From: Methanotrichaceae archaeon
GTDB taxonomy: Archaea > Halobacteriota > Methanosarcinia > Methanotrichales > Methanotrichaceae
NCBI GenBank assembly: GCA_963748825.1
Contig: CAVVKN010000015.1
Coordinates: 1 to 45,288, forward strand
Direction of reading: 5' to 3'
DNA: 45,288 nucleotides
The notes beneath the pieces were generated by a model, which was not told where the DNA came from, did not search any database, and was given only the letters and a program-made list of their open reading frames with translations. A program made the translations under genes and the position numbers. This document shows positions 10,120 to 17,956 of the stretch, in pieces; position 1 is the stretch's first letter, and each line of letters starts with the position of its first letter.

Positions 10120-12494
10120 GGAAGTGCAGCCTCCCCATTCTTCTCCTCCGCCCTTTCCTTTTTCAGCTCCGTTCCAATGGGGCCCATGGCCTTCAGCTCG
10201 CCTATGAAATCCCTGAGATCCTTTGCGTAAATCTCACCCTCGCTGGCCGCACACCAGACGATCTTGACTCTTCCCGGATCTAGGCCAATCTTCTCCAGAA
10301 CGCCTTTGAGCACATTCACCCTTTGCAGTGCCTGATAGTTGCCATCCCTGTAGTGGCATTCACCTATGCGACAGCCTGCTACCAGCACTCCATCGGCGCC
10401 TCGCCGCAAGGCTTCCAGGATGAAGCTTGGGTCCACCCGTGCCGAGCACATCACCCGGATGTTGCGAGCGTTGGTCGGGTACTGGATGCGCGAGGTTCCG
10501 GCAAGATCTGCCGCTCCGTAGCTACACCAGTTGCAAAGGAAGGCCACAATGAGGGGAAACTCTCTCTTCTCCTCCGTGGCAGCCCGTACCTGGGCCAGGA
10601 TCTGCTCATCGGAGAAGAAGCGCATGTTGATGGCGTCAACTGGACAGGCGGCGGCACATGAGCCGCAACCTTTGCAGGCCGCCTCGTCCACATAGGCCGG
10701 GCTTTTCACAGCTATCGCTTTCTGGGGACAGACATCGACGCACAGCTTGCATTTGATGCAGAGATCTGGGTCCACATAGGCCGAGGTGGGCTCCAGCTCC
10801 AGCACCCCTTTATGCAGGAGCTTAATGGCTTTGGCTGCCGCAGCACTGCCCTGGGCGATGGAGATGGGAATCTCCTTGGGACCGGAGGCGCAACCGGCGA
10901 TGAAGACTCCGTCGATGTGCGCCTCCACGGGCCTCATCTTGGGATGGGCGATCTCAAAGAACCTGTCCGGCCTTCGGGAGAGGCCGAGCAGATTGCCTAA
11001 AACATCGGCCTTGCTGTCCGGCTCTAATCCTACGGAGAGGACGGCCAGATCATGCTTCACCCTCTTGATCTCGCCGGTCTGCGTGTCCTCAAAGATCAGG
11101 AAGAGTTCGCCGTCCACCTCATCAATGCGGGAGACGCGGGCACGCACAAAGTTGACGCCCAGCTTCTGAGCCCGCACATAGAACTCTTCATATCCTTCTC
11201 CGCAGGCCCTGATGTCGATATAGTAAATGGTGATATCAGTATCTGGATACTTTTCCTTGACCAGTTGCGCATTCTTGAGCGAGGCCATGCAGCAGATGCG
11301 AGAGCAGTAGAGGTTTCCGACCGTCGAGTCGCGCGAGCCGACGCACTGCAGGAAGCCTATTGACTTGGCAATCTTGCCTGTGCTGGGACGCACCACCTCG
11401 CCCTTGGTTGGCCCGGAGGCGTTGAGCATCCTCTCCATCTGCAGGGTGGTGATTACATCCCTGTACCTGCCAAAGCCGTACTCCTCCTTTCGGGTGGCAT
11501 CGAAGGGCTGCCAGCCGGTAGCCACGATGATGGCGCCCACATTCAACTTGAAATCCTGGGGCTCCTGATCCAGCTTGACGGCCTGGGCGGGACAGGCTTC
11601 CACGCAGCGGGCGCAGCCTATACAGGCTTTGGGATCGACGCAGGCTACCAGGGGCACGGCCTGGGGGTAGGGAATGTAAATGGCCTTTCTCTTGCCGATG
11701 CCAAAGTCGTACTCGCTGGGAACCTCCACCGGGCAGACGCCGGCGCACTCGCTGATGCAGCCCTTGCACAGCTTTTCGTCCACATAGCGTGCTTGGCGAA
11801 CGCCGGAGACGGTGAAGTTGCCTATGCTGCCCTCCACGCCCAGTACCTCGGCGTAGGTTATGAGAGTAATATCGGGATGGTTGTAGACCTCGGACATCTT
11901 GGGACCCAGGACGCAAATGGAGCAGTCGTTGGTGGGAAAGACGTCGGTGAGCAGAGCCATGTAGCCGCCGATGGTGGGCCGCCGCTCCACCAGATAAACA
12001 TGCAGCCCCGCATCGGCCATGTCCAGCGCCGCAGCAATGCCGGCCACGCCTCCACCCACGACCAGCACGTCTTTGCTGACGGGTATGCTCTCCGGTTCCA
12101 GCGGCTGTAGCAGCGCCGCTTTGGCCACGGCCATTGCAATGAGGTCTTTGGCCTTCTCTGTGGCCATGGCTGGCTGCTCCATGTGCACCCAGGAGCACTG
12201 CTCCCGGATGTTGGCCATCTCCAGCATGTAAGGATTCAGGCCTGCTTTGGCGATGGCCCGGCGGAAGGTGGGCTCGTGCAGGCGGGGCGAGCAGGCGGCC
12301 ACCACCACGCGATCAAGCTTAAGCTCTGCAATATCTTTCTGGATCTGCTCCTGGCCGATATCGGAGCAGGAGAACTGCAGATCGCGAGCTACGGCCACAT
12401 CGGGAAGCTTCTCGGCAAAGCTCTTCAGCTCCTCCATATTCAAGACGCCTGCGATGTTCAGGCCGCAGTGACAGACGTAAACACCAATGGGCAT
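10116..12494 (-). CDS. hdrA: Heterodisulfide reductase subunit A with fused C-terminal MvhD domain
   Basis: GVYVCHCGLNIAG, NIREQCSWVH, Rossmann GGGVAG, QCVGSRD and CSRICC. The C-terminal IVAFLCNWCSYGAADLAG...RVMCSARVDP...GC..GECHY is MvhD-like. Confidence 0.96.
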   Translation of the reverse strand: MPIGVYVCHCGLNIAGVLNMEELKSFAEKLPDVAVARDLQFSCSDIGQEQIQKDIAELKLDRVVVAACSPRLHEPTFRRAIAKAGLNPYMLEMANIREQCSWVHMEQPAMATEKAKDLIAMAVAKAALLQPLEPESIPVSKDVLVVGGGVAGIAAALDMADAGLHVYLVERRPTIGGYMALLTDVFPTNDCSICVLGPKMSEVYNHPDITLITYAEVLGVEGSIGNFTVSGVRQARYVDEKLCKGCISECAGVCPVEVPSEYDFGIGKRKAIYIPYPQAVPLVACVDPKACIGCARCVEACPAQAVKLDQEPQDFKLNVGAIIVATGWQPFDATRKEEYGFGRYRDVITTLQMERMLNASGPTKGEVVRPSTGKIAKSIGFLQCVGSRDSTVGNLYCSRICCMASLKNAQLVKEKYPDTDITIYYIDIRACGEGYEEFYVRAQKLGVNFVRARVSRIDEVDGELFLIFEDTQTGEIKRVKHDLAVLSVGLEPDSKADVLGNLLGLSRRPDRFFEIAHPKMRPVEAHIDGVFIAGCASGPKEIPISIAQGSAAAAKAIKLLHKGVLELEPTSAYVDPDLCIKCKLCVDVCPQKAIAVKSPAYVDEAACKGCGSCAAACPVDAINMRFFSDEQILAQVRAATEEKREFPLIVAFLCNWCSYGAADLAGTSRIQYPTNARNIRVMCSARVDPSFILEALRRGADGVLVAGCRIGECHYRDGNYQALQRVNVLKGVLEKIGLDPGRVKIVWCAASEGEIYAKDLRDFIGELKAMGPIGTELKKERAEEKNGEAALP

Positions 12495-12660
12495 AATACT
12501 TCAGAGATATGATCGCCTTAAGTCACTTAAAGTTATGCCATTGAGATTGTTACTTATTTTATTTTTTATTTAATAACCGGCTTTAAATGCAAAGCCGAAT
12601 GAGGGAGCTAGAATATTAAAAATCCAAATTTCTATTTATTAAAATTAATAATATTTTCAC

Positions 12661-13464
12661 TTATCTCTGTCCTTCAATTTTCTTCAATACCAGTTCGTGC
12701 CTGGCCTTTGTCGCCTGGAAAAGCTGGTCGAACATGCCAGGTGCCTCGCGCTGGATGACCTTCACTCCCGCCTCCGTGATTCCTCCCTTAGTGGCCACGC
12801 TCTCGATCAGCCCGGCAAAGCTCTCCTCCTCCAGGAGAAAAGCCGTGCCGAGCAGGGTCTGCTTAACCAGGCGTTCCGCCAGTTCAGAATTGATCTCCCG
12901 TCTCTCTGCTGCCAGAACGAACTCACGCATGAGGGCCGCGAAGTAGCCGGGGGCGGAGCTGGTCAGATCAGCCAGCACGGCAAAGTCCTTTTCCTCGACC
13001 TCTACGGCCTGGCCGATGGCATGAAAGAGGCCAATAATGAGCCGCCGGTCTTCCACGGTAGTATTATCCCCGAAAGCGAGCAGAGTCACGCCCTGCAGCT
13101 TTTCAGAGGCCATGCTGGGAAAGGCGCGAGCCAGGCGGGCATGACAGAGTGTACGCATATTTTCTAAAGAGACATCTGCAGCTACAGAGATTACTAGCTT
13201 TTGAGAATTGAGCAGGTATGTCAGTTCGCTTAGGACATCCCTGACCTCCAGGGGCCGAACGCAGATGAAGATCACATCGGAAAGCTCTGCCACGACGCGA
13301 TTGCTCACCGAACGGATTCCGGTAGCCTCTGCCAACCGCTCCACCTTTTCCGGTGTCCGGTTGCTGGCCAGGATCTCCCCAGCCTCGATGGCCTCAGTCT
13401 CCACGAACTTATTGACCAGCATGGTTCCCAGATGGCCGGTACCGATGAATCCGAAAGTAGTCAT
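12661..13464 (-). CDS. proC: Pyrroline-5-carboxylate reductase family protein
   Basis: GFIGTGHLG Rossmann motif; C-terminal VATKGGITEAG (ProC/ComER-type). Confidence 0.8.
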   Translation of the reverse strand: MTTFGFIGTGHLGTMLVNKFVETEAIEAGEILASNRTPEKVERLAEATGIRSVSNRVVAELSDVIFICVRPLEVRDVLSELTYLLNSQKLVISVAADVSLENMRTLCHARLARAFPSMASEKLQGVTLLAFGDNTTVEDRRLIIGLFHAIGQAVEVEEKDFAVLADLTSSAPGYFAALMREFVLAAERREINSELAERLVKQTLLGTAFLLEEESFAGLIESVATKGGITEAGVKVIQREAPGMFDQLFQATKARHELVLKKIEGQR

Positions 13465-13541
13465 TTTGTATTTCTCCGCACGAAGTGAACTGATCTAATG
13501 TCCACCTTCAAAGATCCTGCGGGCATGCGGCTGGCAGGGCC

Positions 13542-13772
13542 TCACTCCCCCAGCCGGAACTCCTGGGGCCATAGCCCCATTTCTTTCTGGCATTCAGGGC
13601 AATCCAAAAAGCGATTTGCGATCATCTCGTCCACCTCAGAGATCCGGACACCAAAGACCTCGGCCAGGATCTCCTTGGCCGTCTGCAGCTCTAAAGCTCT
13701 TCCATCTTTACGGGAAGTGCTCTGCAATGTCGCCCTCTTGCGCGGCCCTAGTAGCTCGAAGACTGCTGCCAT
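13542..13772 (-). CDS. Small hypothetical protein
   Basis: 76-aa ORF with protein-like composition (ELQTAKEILAEVFG...EVDEMI) and an AT-rich upstream region. Confidence 0.5.
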   Translation of the reverse strand: MAAVFELLGPRKRATLQSTSRKDGRALELQTAKEILAEVFGVRISEVDEMIANRFLDCPECQKEMGLWPQEFRLGE

Positions 13773-13949
13773 GATGTGGTAATACTACGTGTAAGTTTAA
13801 GAACTTTTGCCGGAAAAAGATATTCATAAACCATTTTTACATAATAGAAAGTATGAATAAGATACAAATGCGGAAATGATAAAGAGGCAACCATTGAGTG
13901 ATAGTGCAGTGCCGTGTTTGCCTTCAGTCTCGACTTTGAGTTGAGCTAA

Positions 13950-14110
13950 GGGCATAAGCTGCACTTCTGGAGGGAATGACCGGCATGCTTTCCAGGAGCG
14001 CATTCGCTGCATGGCCGTGCCTGAAGATAATGGCGTGACCGCCCCCCGAGTGAGCTTCTGCCTGAGCGCGATACCTTCTGGATGCATCCTGGCCGGAGGT
14101 CGAGCTGGAT
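13950..14110 (-). pseudogene. Decayed tyrosine recombinase/integrase C-terminal fragment
   Basis: Across frames the minus strand reads ...IQKV...VTP / IFRHGHAANALLESMPVI / LQK, resembling the box II motif (TPHxLRHSxAxxxL..G.P...QxQLGH). Lies just downstream of a tRNA 3' end. Boundaries are approximate. Confidence 0.5.
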
Positions 14111-14260
14111 CTTCGCGAGGCATTGCATTTTTTTCTTGCTCCATCCGGCAAGCATCGCAGAAAATTTTATAGAAAATCAACAACTTGTAAGATGCACGCA
14201 ATACTATAATAAAAAATTTCTAAAAATATTGTGCGGGTCACATTTTTATTGATAGAATTA

Positions 14261-14335
14261 TAGCGGGGAGTAGATTTGAACTACTGATCTACGGGTTATG
14301 AGCCCGTCGGGATATCCTGACTACCCTACCCCGCT
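14261..14335 (-). tRNA. Initiator tRNA-Met (CAT), no encoded CCA
   Basis: Reverse complement AGCGGGGTAGGGTAGTCAGGATATCCCGACGGGCTCATAACCCGTAGATCAGTAGTTCAAATCTACTCCCCGCTA. It has an A1-U72 pair, three G-C pairs in the anticodon stem, a CAT anticodon and a TTCAAAT T-loop. Confidence 0.95.
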
Positions 14336-14369
14336 GCATTTGGGATATACTCAATGACTTTACTCTAGC

Positions 14370-14376
14370 TTATAAA
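14370..14376 (-). promoter_or_regulatory. Probable archaeal TATA box for the tRNA
   Basis: TTTATAA on the minus strand about 35-40 bp upstream of the mature tRNA 5' end. Confidence 0.55.
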
Positions 14377-14621
14377 GCTTGCGTACAGAACGGCGCCCTT
14401 CTGGTGAGAAGAAAAAGGGGCATCATGCATTTTTCCAGCAAAATAAGTCCATCCCATGCTAAAATCCACTCATATCACGCCATGATCTTGCCGAGCACGC
14501 TGATCTTCTCGCCGCGCCGCTGGCTGGGGCCGGCTTTTGGAAGCGGGATTTTCCGGGCGCATCTGGGCCTGGTCGCCTACTGTCGCTTACTTAATGTATC
14601 TGAAAGTGCTAGTTCAGCCTT

Positions 14622-15254
14622 ATGTTGCTCCTGGGCGCGGACGAAGCTGGAAAAGGCCCTGTGATCGGCTCCATGTTCGTGGCCGGCCTGGTGATTGAAG
14701 AGGACAAGCTCTTCGACCTGGCGGGTTTTGGGGTCAAGGACTCCAAGCTTCTCACGCCGGCGAAAAGAGAGATACTGGCTAAAAAGATCAACGGGATTGC
14801 CACAGACCAATACATACTGGAGGTCAAGCCCAATGTCATCGATGAGCTTCGACTTGTTATGACCATGAACGATATCATGGTGAGGAGCTTCTCAACGGTT
14901 GTGGCAAGGCTGCACGCCGACCGGGCTATTCTCGATGCCGCCGATGTAAATGCGCAAAGGTTCGCAGATCGAGTTAAGGCCGCAAGCAAGACCACCATGG
15001 ACCTTGTGGCCGAGCACAAAGCCGACCAGCGCCACCACGTCGTCTCGGCTGCTTCCATCCTGGCCAAAGTGCGGCGGGATGCATCCATGCGGGAGCTGGA
15101 AGAGGCCATGCACTGCAAGATTGGCAGCGGCTATCCCCACGATCAGGATACCATAAATTTTTTGAACGAATGGGTAAAGGAAAACCGGCAGCTTCCGCCA
15201 TGCGCCAGGCATAGCTGGGCAACAGCGCAGCGTATAAAAGCTAGTTTTATATAG
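14622..15254 (+). CDS. rnhB: Ribonuclease HII
   Basis: GADEAGKGPVIG, KDSKLL, HKAD, SAASILAKV.RD and GSGYP. Confidence 0.96.
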   Translation: MLLLGADEAGKGPVIGSMFVAGLVIEEDKLFDLAGFGVKDSKLLTPAKREILAKKINGIATDQYILEVKPNVIDELRLVMTMNDIMVRSFSTVVARLHADRAILDAADVNAQRFADRVKAASKTTMDLVAEHKADQRHHVVSAASILAKVRRDASMRELEEAMHCKIGSGYPHDQDTINFLNEWVKENRQLPPCARHSWATAQRIKASFI

Positions 15255-15293
15255 GCTGCCTGAAACAAAGAGGCGCAAAGAAGAAGGGATCTC

Positions 15294-16439
15294 ATGGATA
15301 TAGAGGATACTTTGCTCATGATTCCAGGGCCGGTCAAGGTCGCGCCTCGCGTTCTGCGCGCCCTGTCCAAGCCTATGATCAGCCACCGAAGTGGTGACTT
15401 TAGCACGATTTACAGCGACTGCTGCGGGCTCCTCAAGCAGTTCTTCGAGACCAAGAACGAGATAGTAGTAATGACCGGTAGCGGCACAGTGGGCATGGAC
15501 GCTGCGGTTGCCAGCCTCATCGGCCATGACGATAAGATTGTAACCATATCCAATGGCAAGTTCGGAGAGCGGTTCACCGAGATCGGCGAGAGATATGGCA
15601 AGGCCATTCCCCTAAAGTTCGAATGGGGCACTCCCTTCGACCTGGACAAGGTTGAGGCCGCGCTGGAGCAGGGCGCCAAGGCCGTGGCCATGGTGCATAA
15701 TGAGACCTCGGTGGGCCTCACCAATCCCGCTAAAGAGGTAGGCAAGCTGGCCAAAAAGTACGATGCAGTCTTTATCGTCGACGGCATATCCTCTATTGGC
15801 GGCAACGAGTTTCTCACCGATGAGTGGGGCATTGATATTGCCATCACCGGCTCGCAGAAGGCTCTGGCCGTGCCGCCTGGCCTGGCTGTGGTTTCCACCT
15901 CACCCAGGGCGGAGGAGCGTTTCTTGCCCAAGAGCGCCAGCTACTACTCCGACCTGAAGGCGCACCTGAAAAGCGTGCGAAAGAGCCAGCCCCAGACGCC
16001 CTTTACCCCGGCCGTGTCGCTGTTCTTCGCCATGCAGGAGTCCCTGCACATGGCAGCCGAGGAGGGCTTTGCCGCCCGCCGGGCCAGAACAGCCAAACAG
16101 GCAGAATCTGTCCGCTCCGCAGCCAAGGCGCTGGGAATCGAGCTGTTCCCCCAGGTAAATGAGCACACCCACTACTCCAATACCGTCACCGCCATGAAGA
16201 TGCCCGCGGGCGTCACGGACGACAAGCTGCGCGGCGGCATGAAAAAGCAGGGAGTAATCGTATCCGGCGGCCAGGACCTCATTAAGGGCAAGATCTTTCG
16301 CATCGGCACTATGGGCATGTGCTCTTCGGGCGACATCCTGCGAACCATCCAGACATTGGAGCTGATCCTTGCCAAAGAGGGGAAGATCGCCTCATGCGGC
16401 GCAGGAGTCGAGGCAGCGGCCAAGGTGCTGGAAAGTTGA
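15294..16439 (+). CDS. Class V PLP aminotransferase (serine-pyruvate / archaeal phosphoserine aminotransferase type)
   Basis: LMIPGP, HRS, GSGT, HNETSVG, VDGISS, TGSQKAL..PPG and FRIGTMG. Confidence 0.9.
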   Translation: MDIEDTLLMIPGPVKVAPRVLRALSKPMISHRSGDFSTIYSDCCGLLKQFFETKNEIVVMTGSGTVGMDAAVASLIGHDDKIVTISNGKFGERFTEIGERYGKAIPLKFEWGTPFDLDKVEAALEQGAKAVAMVHNETSVGLTNPAKEVGKLAKKYDAVFIVDGISSIGGNEFLTDEWGIDIAITGSQKALAVPPGLAVVSTSPRAEERFLPKSASYYSDLKAHLKSVRKSQPQTPFTPAVSLFFAMQESLHMAAEEGFAARRARTAKQAESVRSAAKALGIELFPQVNEHTHYSNTVTAMKMPAGVTDDKLRGGMKKQGVIVSGGQDLIKGKIFRIGTMGMCSSGDILRTIQTLELILAKEGKIASCGAGVEAAAKVLES

Positions 16440-16465
16440 TAAGCCTTTAAATTGCAGCTAAATCA

Positions 16466-16480
16466 TTTTTCTTTTTTTTT
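16466..16480 (+). terminator. Oligo-T archaeal terminator after the aminotransferase
   Basis: TTTTTCTTTTTTTTT about 27 bp after the stop codon. Confidence 0.55.
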
Positions 16481-16711
16481 GTGTCAAGAACTGGACATTT
16501 CCTACAGAGGATTAACCAATTTAATCTTTAATATATTTAGTTTAAAGAAAACTATCAATGAGTGAACAATAATGGACTATTATAGATTGAAGTATGCGTT
16601 GAAAATAGCAATTTAAAGAGGGCAAAAAGGCTTTATAAGTAGGTATGCATGCGGTAGAATACATTCTTGATTTCATGGGGGTCGAAGCTGTTGAAGGGAA
16701 TAAGAGCAGAA

Positions 16712-17956
16712 ATGCGCATAAAAGTATCAAATCAATGCTCATCACTATGCAAGAAAGTAGGAAGAGAGCGACTTAATCTCACACTATTGCTATTATTAGT
16801 AAGCATAATTTCTGCTTTATCCCTTGCCGCACCATGTGCGGCCCAGAGCGGCTATGAAATCAGAAGCGCTGTGGTAACTCCGGAATACGGCTATGAGGAT
16901 TTCACCTATTCCGCCCAGGTATGGATGAGCGAGGAGGCGGCCAGCAGAGTAGGCGTCCTTGCCGTCACCAAATTCAGCTTGAAGCTAAATATCTATGACG
17001 ATGGCAAGTTGATCCATTCCGAATCCTCAGACCAAACGGGCATGAGCAAAACCTCTTTCGTCTTCGGGCCCTACAGCTTCAAGGATAGATTCGCCATAGC
17101 TTCTACCAGCAATGCCACGTTTGAATTTGTCTTCTATGCAGGTGGTCAGCAGGTCGCCAAGACCCCTCGAATAAAAGGCCCCATCGTCCAGCCTCCCACA
17201 ATGACCGGTATCCAGTTTGAGAAGAATCCCTATTTCTTCCAGGGAATTGCAGTCTCAGCCGGATTCAAGGATCTGGACGGGCTGAACCCCAAGCCGACAT
17301 GCCATCTGGAGATCACAGGCCCGCTAGGGACGACTGATTCCAGGAGCTGGATAACAGCCGACGTTTCTTGCCAGGCCTCAGGAAAGAGCACATATTCCTG
17401 TACTGTGGCTGAGGATCTATCCAGTTACAGAAATGGTGGAGATTTCACTTTCAAGCTGGTCTACAACAACCTCAAGCTTGACCCCCTGACCTACGGACCC
17501 TACAACGTCTCCCTTCAGCCCTACAATCCCGCTATAGAAAAAGTCACTATTCCTAAGCTGCTGGATTATACCAACTTCACCATTCAGGCTTATGTCAAGG
17601 ACGCTGGGGCCAAGATGGTAGGAGGCACCCCGGATGGCAGCACGGCCAACCTGATAATCAACCATCCCCAAAAAGGCGAGATGGCTTATGCCTCATCTGA
17701 ACCCAAGGTGCAAGGCAGCAGCCTGGTCTACGAGTGGACCAATGATAATATTCCTGCCTTATTCAACCGGAGCGATGTGCAGCTCGCCAAGAATGCGCCC
17801 TTCCAGGCCAAAGTGGTGTACAAGAACGAAAACTGGAATTACCAGGCTGAAAAGTCCAACCTCAGCTTCAAGGTAGTGGAAGAGATTCCAAAACTGGACT
17901 CCAATATCCATCAACCGTTTACGTGCGGGCCGGCGAGAGCACCACTCAGGATATAA
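16712..17956 (+). CDS. Large secreted beta-rich repeat protein, N-terminal part (joins the next ORF)
   Basis: Signal peptide (LTLLLLLVSIISALSLAAPCAA-Q) after ATG 16712, followed by aromatic beta-strand-like domains. Same frame as 17957-20377. Confidence 0.75.
   Translation: MRIKVSNQCSSLCKKVGRERLNLTLLLLLVSIISALSLAAPCAAQSGYEIRSAVVTPEYGYEDFTYSAQVWMSEEAASRVGVLAVTKFSLKLNIYDDGKLIHSESSDQTGMSKTSFVFGPYSFKDRFAIASTSNATFEFVFYAGGQQVAKTPRIKGPIVQPPTMTGIQFEKNPYFFQGIAVSAGFKDLDGLNPKPTCHLEITGPLGTTDSRSWITADVSCQASGKSTYSCTVAEDLSSYRNGGDFTFKLVYNNLKLDPLTYGPYNVSLQPYNPAIEKVTIPKLLDYTNFTIQAYVKDAGAKMVGGTPDGSTANLIINHPQKGEMAYASSEPKVQGSSLVYEWTNDNIPALFNRSDVQLAKNAPFQAKVVYKNENWNYQAEKSNLSFKVVEEIPKLDSNIHQPFTCGPARAPLRI

Noticed and set aside
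10116-12494. Selenocysteine-containing HdrA/MvhD
   Set aside because: The ORF is uninterrupted, with Cys at the relevant motifs and no in-frame TGA.
13824-14201. 125-aa ORF as a real gene
   Set aside because: Not protein-like overall; the coding signal is spread over three frames, as in a decayed integrase fragment.
17954-17956. In-frame stop read-through (Sec/Pyl recoding) joining the surface-protein ORFs
   Set aside because: The stop is TAA, and the correct repeat sequence lies in another frame, so compensating indels explain it better.
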